Shown: piece by piece, positions 57,901 through 64,000 of the stretch
Layout: the number at the start of each line of letters is the position of its first letter
Position numbering within the stretch: the stretch's first letter is position 1
DNA from: Thermoplasmata archaeon
GTDB taxonomy: Archaea; Thermoplasmatota; Thermoplasmata; Lutacidiplasmatales; UBA184
Length of the DNA stretch: 64,000 nucleotides
Assembly (NCBI GenBank): GCA_021796385.1
Contig: JAJYXQ010000043.1
Span: 2,202 to 66,201 of the forward strand
Direction: 5' to 3'
Position numbers and translations under genes: made by a program
Notes under the pieces: model-generated
Seen by the model: only the letters and a program-made list of their open reading frames with translations
The model's database searches: none
Told to the model about the DNA's origin: nothing

Positions 57901-59251
57901 AATCAACCGCATAGAGCTGTGAACCGGAGGCGAAGGTGATGTTGAAGTCAAAGAGGGGGACCATCGAGAGGACGACCGAATTGAGCTTGCCGGCGCCCGT
58001 TCCGGTGAAAGTCACGTTCGTGTTCCCTAGCATCATAGAGTTCAGCAGGCCCGAGAGACCCTCGGGGTTCATGTACGGTTGAACAAATGTAGACCCAGGA
58101 ATCATTTCGGAGAAGTTGGTCATGTTGCCCTTGGAGACAACAAGTGTCTTTCCGACAAAATTGTGGCCCCCTGTCTCGAAGGTCGGAGTTAACGTGCCAT
58201 TGGCCGTAACGTTGATCACTCCAGTGAGGATGCCGGCGGACCACGTAGGGTAAGTATCCTGTATCAAGGCTTGAATGTTCGGTACAGTGAATCCTTTTAC
58301 CACTCCGGGAATCACAACGGGGTGCGACTGGACGGCCGAACTGACGAAGTTCTCGTTGAGGGTCGAGGTCAGGGCCAGGGGGTCGGCATAGTAGGATTGG
58401 ACTGTGCTATTGGTGGAGACCACCGTACTCCCTCCATTCACGGTGATCTGGGGAGCATAAGCGTTGTCTTGGCTATAGTTCGAGTTGCCAACCGGAACGG
58501 CATGATTCGCGCGGATGGTGGAGGAATTGAGGTAGAGAGTGGAGCCCCCCGCCGAGCCTCCTCCAACGTAGATCCATCCAGCGAAATCGAGGGTCCCATC
58601 AGAAGCAGATAGCATACTACCGTTTGTGACCGACAGGTTGAGCTTTGGATAGGACGCGAACGATCCCCCCGCCCCGACCGAAGTGTTAATCGAAGCGTTC
58701 AAGAGGCGGAGCTGGGCCCCGTTGGACACATTTAGATGGAACCGGAATGCAAGGTCGTCCGCCAGTCGGAAATTACTCGTGCCGGTTTGACTCTCGATGA
58801 GTAGATCGGCGTTCTCAATCGTGACGATCGCTTTATTGCAGACGGTAAAATTGCCGGCGACTGGGATGAAGCCGGTGGTTGAGGTGAGCGTACGGGTCTG
58901 GGGCCCGCAGATCGTGATCCCGGCGTTCGTCGAATTGGATGCCGCAGGGTTAACACCCTGAACTTGCGTGGCGGCAATCGGCCCATTTCCGGAAGGTCTG
59001 GCCAATGCAGTATTCGTGGGAACCACTAGCCCAACCGTGAACCCTGAGGCCAACAGCAGTATCAATACAATCGGCGCGAACAAACGACTCCAATACCGAA
59101 ACGAGGGTGACAACGCTCTCCCACTCTCCCAATGAGATGTAATAGGCCGAAGGCTTATAAAAGGTGACCAACTTTGTTTGACCATACTCGGGACCATCCG
59201 AAAGGGGGGAGTTGTGAATCCTTGCCCTGCCCAAAGCTGCCCGGATGCCAA
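54971..59251 (-). CDS. giant sequon-rich surface (S-layer-like) glycoprotein with a C-terminal TM anchor and cytoplasmic zinc-ribbon tail
   Basis: 1426 aa; an N-terminal hydrophobic signal/anchor; Thr/Ser/Asn/Gly-rich ectodomain with >35 N-x-S/T sequons; a C-terminal TM (LWLVIAAIAVVAVALVLFFF) followed by four CxxC pairs; lies 7 nt upstream of agl3 on the same strand. Confidence 0.7.
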   Translation of the reverse strand: MASGQLWAGQGFTTPPFRMVPSMVKQSWSPFISLRPITSHWESGRALSPSFRYWSRLFAPIVLILLLASGFTVGLVVPTNTALARPSGNGPIAATQVQGVNPAASNSTNAGITICGPQTRTLTSTTGFIPVAGNFTVCNKAIVTIENADLLIESQTGTSNFRLADDLAFRFHLNVSNGAQLRLLNASINTSVGAGGSFASYPKLNLSVTNGSMLSASDGTLDFAGWIYVGGGSAGGSTLYLNSSTIRANHAVPVGNSNYSQDNAYAPQITVNGGSTVVSTNSTVQSYYADPLALTSTLNENFVSSAVQSHPVVIPGVVKGFTVPNIQALIQDTYPTWSAGILTGVINVTANGTLTPTFETGGHNFVGKTLVVSKGNMTNFSEMIPGSTFVQPYMNPEGLSGLLNSMMLGNTNVTFTGTGAGKLNSVVLSMVPLFDFNITFASGSQLYAVDSTFDVNYANSTCVIPADSNKLFFLGGSQGDLLNSSSYLTWLNQTVPSCGEQDAFEVDASSSYWVYDWARVTALGTTGAPLPGAQVQATSMVSNSTISALANASSNPSLFPAIFRAAVDSVAAPVAQYGVTQQNGQALLALGTSYVTLGSLPDGLYVGGLYNVTFNGKLTYLNGSSVQKGSGFARSPPLCGWPRSSAGCGLTILAPVSLELFTANVQVQSISLGTQGVFGCTSSCYVFEGNSVDVNVTVDDVNNLIVADQQAIPVYVYDLYGTTNTTLGEMLYNFDISSPAQQSQSISVTIPYSDSGSHTIQVVVDPMHVAPENGTIGKTMSLPYNVYKAPQILPSEAVITVYDACNGQPITLALANTCNRVNIDGTVTNTGDAGVTATLSLSWNGSTPIGVPVSRTVPAGGSATVNGSLLITTSTFLGAIQMHVETPLLPPITYNRVFFNISQTASFEDYTTLVLNNPSANFTLQSVGANGQLYSVAGATYTNSSGTFKLNASEVAQSPQYSPFGVGTGIGATAIMENVGGATSAANATLYLQNSSRLIPVSERTLGAIGYSPTSVDVLMPIWHINSTVIGSNVGLYTFDLVVRWSNTYIYGVENFNFSYSFNVYIRPPSIQLSPVSFTPTKVDLSATSVPELVIQTTATLVNPYVASMYVSYVDKTLGSNCTVSAGSPNVQNGTSPLPSFRVPLTCLQPGTYSLVLKFTLLGNTTYITAPALQNGVVAYVPAVSQASFLQQYWLWLVIAAIAVVAVALVLFFFRRLGRGNLVECGECGELIPESAVACPKCGAEFEKELMRCSRCGASIPSNSSVCPDCSALLVGLKPDPMAADYNTFTQRFRVVAQKELAENYNEGAFWDWWKRQPTYVPFTTWKQQMAVSGATGGSAPDAAAAKMKGRKGQGGAPPQAQMGQPMAPSPPSTQGQRMPQQPPATEAPPAGPTGPAGPGMKACPSCGRSINESMLLCPFCGAVTR

Positions 59252-59290
59252 AGCGGAAAGGCTTTCTACTGGCGGTTATCCTGACCACCG

Positions 59291-60778
59291 GTGCTAACCA
59301 TGAGCCAAGAGTTCGGTCTCTTCATCGGAGGAAAATGGGAGGTCCCGCCAGGAGCCAAGCGATTTGTGACGAAGAGCCCCGCCACAGGTGAAGAATTAGG
59401 AAGTTTCGTCTCTGCCACTGCGGCGGACGCGCGACGCGCGATCGAGTCGGCCGGCCAGGCTTTCGATGGCTGGCGACGCACCCCTCCACCGAAGCGGGGG
59501 CAGATCCTCTTGGAGGCAGCCCGAATCTTCAAGGAGCGCAAGAACGACCTGGGGCGGCTGGTCACTCAAGAGATGGGTAAGATCCTTCCCGAGGGAAAGG
59601 GCGACGTCCAGGAAGCAATCGATTTCGTAGAGTATATGAGCGGCGAGGGACGACGACTTCTCGGTGAGACCGTCCCGTCGGAGTTGCGCAACAAATATTG
59701 CTTTACCCTTCGCCAACCAAAGGGGGTTGTTGTGGCCATCACACCCTGGAACTTCCCGGTGGCCATTCCCAATTGGAAGATCGCGGCCGCGCTCATTTCA
59801 GGCAACACTGTTGTATTCAAACCTGCGAGCAACACATCCCGCTGCGGAGCTGAACTTACGAAGGTCTACGAAGAGGCGGGATTGCCACCGGGCGTTCTTA
59901 ACCTGCTCACTGGCTCTGGAAGTTCGGTAGGCAAGGAATTGACCACCCATCCCTTGGTCCGAGCGGTAAGCTTTACGGGGGGCACCGATACGGGACGCGG
60001 AGTCTATACCGAGGCCGCCCAAGCCCTCAAGTATGTGCATTTGGAGATGGGCGGGAAGAATCCCCAGATCGTGATGGACGATGCGGACCTAGACCTCGCA
60101 CTAGATGGAGTCCTTTTCGGGGCATTCGGCTCATCGGGTCAGCGATGCACTGCGACCAGCCGCCTCCTGATACAACAATCGGTTTATGATCGTTTTCTCG
60201 ACATGTTGTTGAAGCGCCTTGCGAAGTTCAAGGTTGGCAATCCCCTCAATGATGGCATCGACATGGGGCCAGTCGCCAGTGCGGATCAAGAGAAGAAGAT
60301 ACTCGGGTATATCGAGACCGGAAAGAGCGAGGGCGCCAAGCTTATCATGGGGGGAAAGAAGCTTAAGGGAGGTGCCTTTGACAAAGGGTACTTCATCGAG
60401 CCCACGGTCTTTGAAGCCCGGCATGGGATGCGCATCACCTTGGAGGAGATCTTTGGACCCGTGCTTTCGGTGATCAAGGTCGCGGACTTCGATGAGGCGG
60501 TTCGCGTTGCCAACGGTGTCGACTACGGACTCTCCTCGTCGATCTACACCCGGGATGTGAACCGTTCCTTCCAGGCAATGGAGCGACTGGAGGCAGGGAT
60601 CACCTACATCAATGCGCCCACCATCGGTGCCGAAGTTCAACTTCCCTTCGGCGGGATCAAGAACACCGGTAACGGAGGCCGAGAGGCGGGTACCGTGGCC
60701 ATCGAGGAGTTCACGGAGATCAAGACCGTTTTCGTTGACTTCTCTGCCCGTCTCCAGAAGGCTCAGATCGAAGTGTAA
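59291..60778 (+). CDS. NAD(P)-dependent aldehyde dehydrogenase
   Basis: ALDH glutamate-site LEMGGKNP and catalytic Cys GQRCTATSRLL; 495 aa. Confidence 0.9.
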   Translation: MLTMSQEFGLFIGGKWEVPPGAKRFVTKSPATGEELGSFVSATAADARRAIESAGQAFDGWRRTPPPKRGQILLEAARIFKERKNDLGRLVTQEMGKILPEGKGDVQEAIDFVEYMSGEGRRLLGETVPSELRNKYCFTLRQPKGVVVAITPWNFPVAIPNWKIAAALISGNTVVFKPASNTSRCGAELTKVYEEAGLPPGVLNLLTGSGSSVGKELTTHPLVRAVSFTGGTDTGRGVYTEAAQALKYVHLEMGGKNPQIVMDDADLDLALDGVLFGAFGSSGQRCTATSRLLIQQSVYDRFLDMLLKRLAKFKVGNPLNDGIDMGPVASADQEKKILGYIETGKSEGAKLIMGGKKLKGGAFDKGYFIEPTVFEARHGMRITLEEIFGPVLSVIKVADFDEAVRVANGVDYGLSSSIYTRDVNRSFQAMERLEAGITYINAPTIGAEVQLPFGGIKNTGNGGREAGTVAIEEFTEIKTVFVDFSARLQKAQIEV

Positions 60779-60781
60779 CGG

Positions 60782-61987
60782 ATGGTCTCGCCCGGTCAAC
60801 AGGGGGGGAAGAGCGCCTTCCCCTCCCGGCCCAGCTCTCTACGCACCGTCCAAGCCCGTCTTGCACGCGCCCTGCGAGAGGACTGGGACTACCGGAAAGG
60901 TCGCATCTTTGGGAGCATGTGCACTCAACCTTTACCTTGGGCCGAGCGCTTGGCGCAGCCGTTCGCTACCGCCAACACCGGGAATCCAGGCTTGTGCCCA
61001 GGGACGGTACGGTTGGAAGAGGAACTCATGGCCTGGCTCCTTGACCTCTTTCACGCCCCTTCCTTTGGTGCTGGAGGAACGGTCGTCACGGGGGGGACGG
61101 AGGGAAACATTACGGCACTCTGGATCGCCCGCAACGTATCCGGCCTCCGCGAGGTCGTTGTTCCCCGGAGCGCCCACTTCTCTGTCGCCAAGGCCCTCGA
61201 TCTTTTGTCTCTGAAGCCTCGTTGGGCAAAGACATCACCAGACGGGGTGGTGCGCGTAGAAGAGGTACGTCGTCTGGTTTCTTCTCGGACGGCGGCCGTC
61301 ATCGCAATGGCCGGGTCAACGGAGTTAGGTGCGGTCGATCCCATCCCGGAACTTTCCGAATGGCTTGAGCCCCGCGGAGTTCGGCTCCATGTCGACGCCG
61401 CATTTGGAGGATTCATTTTGCCCTTCCTCCGGGAGATCAAGGGCACGGACCTTCCCTTCGATTTCAAACTCCCAGGAGTGACCAGCCTATCCGTCGATCC
61501 ACACAAGATGGGCGGGGCTCCCATCCCCTCCGGAGCGCTGCTCTTGAGGAACTGGGAGGAAGCCCAGAGCATCATGACCGACTCTCCCTATCTGAGCACC
61601 CCCAGGTCCATCGGTCTTTTTGGCACTCGTCCTTCGCGGAACGTGGCGAGTACGTATGCTGCGATCGCCATGATGGGCCGGACCGGTTATGTGCGGCAGC
61701 TGCGGCGCGCACTTCAGCTCACGCACCGGATCGCCGAGGAAGGGCGGCGCTTGGGCATTCCTGCCGTCCGGGAGCCATCCCTCAACCTCGTGGTTCTTCA
61801 GCACCCGAACCCACAACAGGTTCAACTAGAGATGCTTCGGAGGGGTTGGGACATCAGTGCGATCCGCGAGCCCCGAGGCCTCAGGTTCGTGGTCATGCCC
61901 CATGTGACAGCGGCCTCTGTCAAGGAAATGCTCATCGATCTGACTACCGTTGTCCGAAGCAAACGACGTCAACGATTTCCATCGTAG
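60782..61987 (+). CDS. mfnA: PLP-dependent L-tyrosine/L-aspartate decarboxylase (MfnA-like)
   Basis: GSMCTQPLPWA...NTGNPGLCPGT...VTGGTEGNITALWIARN; PLP-lysine region SVDPHKMGGAPIPSGALL; 401 aa. Confidence 0.7.
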   Translation: MVSPGQQGGKSAFPSRPSSLRTVQARLARALREDWDYRKGRIFGSMCTQPLPWAERLAQPFATANTGNPGLCPGTVRLEEELMAWLLDLFHAPSFGAGGTVVTGGTEGNITALWIARNVSGLREVVVPRSAHFSVAKALDLLSLKPRWAKTSPDGVVRVEEVRRLVSSRTAAVIAMAGSTELGAVDPIPELSEWLEPRGVRLHVDAAFGGFILPFLREIKGTDLPFDFKLPGVTSLSVDPHKMGGAPIPSGALLLRNWEEAQSIMTDSPYLSTPRSIGLFGTRPSRNVASTYAAIAMMGRTGYVRQLRRALQLTHRIAEEGRRLGIPAVREPSLNLVVLQHPNPQQVQLEMLRRGWDISAIREPRGLRFVVMPHVTAASVKEMLIDLTTVVRSKRRQRFPS

Positions 61988-63342
61988 TGGTACAAGCTGC
62001 GTTGGTTCTGGACCCGCTGTTTTGAGAGGGGCATCAACATGGCGTCCTCCTCCAATGCGTGAAGGGTTTCCTGTGCCGGCACGGCAATGGTGACCTGCCG
62101 GTATCGTCCCCCTCGTCCACGAGAAAGAAGCTCGGTGTGAATAAGCCCAAGGGTCTCCATCTCAGAGATGTAATTGAAAATGCTGCGCGTCGTGAGTGCG
62201 GTGATCCCCATCCGGCTGCAGAGATCGGCGTACCCATCGTAGACCTCCCCTGTGGGAAGCGGAACACGGCGCCGCTCGGTCGAAGAGACAATCGACCATA
62301 GAAGTATCTTGCATTGCACCGGGAGAGTCCGTACGCAGTCGGTGATGATGTCCGTTTCCAGGCTGGCCTTTGCTCGATGGACATGCTCCTCGGTGATGAC
62401 GGAAGAGCCGGTCCGCTCCGCGATCTGAGCGGAGACCCTAAGCAAAGCGAGAGCACGGCGGGCATCGCCGTTCTCTTGGGCCGCATAGACGGCGCACCGT
62501 TCGATGACCCCGGCCTCCACGACATCTTCACCGAACACTTCCTGCACACGGTCCCGGAGGATGTCCCGGAGCTGGGTCCAGTCATACGGGGGAAAAAGGA
62601 TCTTCTCCTCATTCATCCGGCTGCGCACCCGGGCATCGATGGAGTCCGTAAACTTGAGGTCGTTCGAGATCCCTATGATCCCAACCTTGGCGGAGGATAG
62701 GTCCGAGTTGACCTGCGAGAGGGTGTAGAGCACATTGTCTCCGGAGCGCTTGACGAGCTTGTCAATCTCATCGAGGATGAGAAGTATCGTCCCTCCTCGC
62801 TTCTCGAAGAGTGAACGCATCGTGACATACACCCGGTCAAGGGACCAACCGGTGGGTATGCGGGACTCCTCTAGTTCCGCCACGGCATTCCCTAGCGTCT
62901 GGAGTAAGGCGTAATGCGTGTCTACGTTCGCGCAGTTCACGGTGATGAATGTGAGGGGCTTGGGAAGTCCTTGACGGCGCTCCATGTCCTTTCGAATAAG
63001 GGTGATGACCGCGGTCTTCCCCGTCCCAATCTTCCCGTAGATCATGATGTTCGAAGGGGTGGCACCCTTGAGCGCAGGCGCCAAGATCTCCACAATCCGC
63101 TCAATCTCACGGTCACGATGGAGGAGGCGGGCCGGGACGTAGTTCTCTCGGAGCACTTCGGGGTTGCCCTTGTAGAGGACAGAGGACTTGTCCAGAATCC
63201 GGTTGAAGGCGCTGGCCACGGAGCCGGTGGAGTTGTCGGGATGGCCTGGCGAGCCATTCTCGTTTGATTCGTCCACGGTTCGCTCCTGGTAAGAGGAGGA
63301 TAGCACGCTCCCGACCTTAAAGACTTTCCATCTCGTTCGCAT
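61969..63342 (-). CDS. cdc6: Orc1/Cdc6 replication initiation protein
   Basis: AAA+ Walker A IMIYGKIGTGKTAVI; a C-terminal winged helix; ATG at 63342 (an in-frame TTG at 63351 would add 3 aa); a TTTAAG TATA-like box ~20 nt upstream. Confidence 0.85.
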   Translation of the reverse strand: MRTRWKVFKVGSVLSSSYQERTVDESNENGSPGHPDNSTGSVASAFNRILDKSSVLYKGNPEVLRENYVPARLLHRDREIERIVEILAPALKGATPSNIMIYGKIGTGKTAVITLIRKDMERRQGLPKPLTFITVNCANVDTHYALLQTLGNAVAELEESRIPTGWSLDRVYVTMRSLFEKRGGTILLILDEIDKLVKRSGDNVLYTLSQVNSDLSSAKVGIIGISNDLKFTDSIDARVRSRMNEEKILFPPYDWTQLRDILRDRVQEVFGEDVVEAGVIERCAVYAAQENGDARRALALLRVSAQIAERTGSSVITEEHVHRAKASLETDIITDCVRTLPVQCKILLWSIVSSTERRRVPLPTGEVYDGYADLCSRMGITALTTRSIFNYISEMETLGLIHTELLSRGRGGRYRQVTIAVPAQETLHALEEDAMLMPLSKQRVQNQRSLYHYDGNR

Positions 63343-63393
63343 GTTATGCAAGACTCGGCTTAAATCCCCTCACGCGTTCCCCCCGCCCGGAGC

Positions 63394-63466
63394 GCCGCCA
63401 TAGCTCAGTTGGCAGAGCAGCTGATTTGTAATCAGCAGGTCGAGAGTTCAAACCTCTCTGGCGGCT
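63394..63466 (+). tRNA. tRNA-Thr (anticodon UGU)
   Basis: Cloverleaf folded by hand: acceptor GCCGCCA/TGGCGGC; D-stem GCTC/GAGC; anticodon stem GCTGA/TCAGC with loop TTTGTAA; T-arm GAGAG-TTCAAAC-CTCTC; discriminator T; no encoded CCA. Confidence 0.85.
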
Positions 63467-63549
63467 CCGACGGACATAGGAGCTATCTACTCGAGCCCCC
63501 TGAGAGTCCCCCGTGTTCGATCCACCTATTCCAAGCCGCACGCCCTCGC

Positions 63550-64000
63550 TCTCGGAGCGATGGAGACCCACCACTCTGAACGGTGTCGTGGGCCAGTGGG
63601 ACGCCGTGAACCGGTTGCGGACGTTTGGGAACGCATGGTCCTCGCATTTGGACGACCGAGCGTCATAGCAGCCGTCCTGGAAGGCCCGACAGGTTCAGGA
63701 AAGACTTCCGCCGCCCATGCTCTTGCCCACGACATGGGTTGGAACATTGTGGAGATGAATGCCTCGGATGCGCGGAACGAGGATGCGCTGTCCGAGATTG
63801 CGGGACGGGCCTCGATCACGGATTCCTTTTCTGACGATGGACGTTACCTCTCAGCCTCGAGCGGAGGACGGAGCCTCGTGCTCATGGACGAGGTGGACGC
63901 ACTGCCCCTCGGCTCAGGACGGAAGGGGCGCAGCAGCGCGACGCGTCCCGTAGTGAGCTTCCGGGAGTTTCTGCAGGGAAGATACCGTCGCATCGAAGAG
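63550..64000 (+). CDS. rfc: replication factor C subunit, partial at the window edge and apparently frameshifted
   Basis: Frame +1 (63551-63655) encodes WRPTTLNGVVGQWDAVNRLRTFGNAW (the RFC box II, W.EKYRP.TL.dvVGQ) and then hits TAG. Frame 0 from ATG 63550 encodes ...VLEGPTGSGKTSAAHALAHDMGWNIVEMNASDARN (Walker A plus NASD). Confidence 0.5.

Noticed and set aside
63467-63549. Mini-ORB or origin elements between the tRNA and rfc (TCCACCTATTCCA)
   Set aside because: The two TCCA-type half-sites are direct, not inverted, and single-copy; they do not fit the ORB consensus.
1-64000. CRISPR arrays and rRNA genes
   Set aside because: No regularly spaced short direct repeats and no rRNA-like conserved stretches were seen anywhere in the window.

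Overview
This 64-kb window is high-GC (about 60–65 %) and looks archaeal, probably a euryarchaeal or Thermoplasmatota-like genome. The evidence is an Orc1/Cdc6 gene, an RFC gene, the two-subunit GMP synthase B subunit, an archaeal-type AlaRS N-terminus, several KaiC-like ATPases, an MfnA-like decarboxylase and a membrane H+-pyrophosphatase. Adjacent genes very often overlap by 4 nt (ATGA, GTGA or TTGA), and several likely starts are GTG or TTG.

The first ~19 kb is a compositionally mosaic accessory or defence island, summarised here; coordinates are in the features. It holds a zinc-ribbon protein and a DUF932-like mobile-element protein; a low-GC TIR-like gene divergent from a NUDIX hydrolase that is flanked by an imperfect direct repeat; and an AtaT/TacT-type GNAT toxin with an atypical upstream partner ORF. 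The central feature is a complete type I restriction-modification operon in the order hsdR-hsdS-X-Y-hsdM, where X is a PIN-GNAT-ASCH fusion protein and Y is a standalone ASCH protein. Downstream are a zinc-ribbon protein carrying a serine-recombinase catalytic-serine motif and then a low-GC (~47 %) insert carrying a DUF262 (ParB-like, DGQQR) + HEPN (Rx4HG) gene pair, an HNH endonuclease and an orphan protein. The island ends with an intact tyrosine integrase abutting a 5'-truncated conjugative-type ATPase fragment.

The remaining ~45 kb is mostly housekeeping. It contains:
- a KaiC-like ATPase triplet convergent with a four-TM protein that carries an internal tandem domain duplication;
- an aconitase-X-like DUF521 gene and an ABC-2 exporter;
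- an operon encoding an SRPBCC protein, a GMC oxidoreductase, a small membrane protein and the V-type H+-PPase;
- thioredoxin, uvrB, purE/purK, sua5, an IDH-family dehydrogenase, nth, alaS, guaA subunit B, a DinB-like protein and a VOC glyoxalase;
- a UDP-sulfoquinovose synthase co-oriented with a 1426-aa sequon-rich surface protein;
- an aldehyde dehydrogenase, an MfnA-like decarboxylase, orc1/cdc6, tRNA-Thr(UGU) and a partial RFC gene.

Two genes have reading-frame anomalies: nth has no in-frame stop, and the RFC gene needs a frameshift. No CRISPR array or rRNA was seen.
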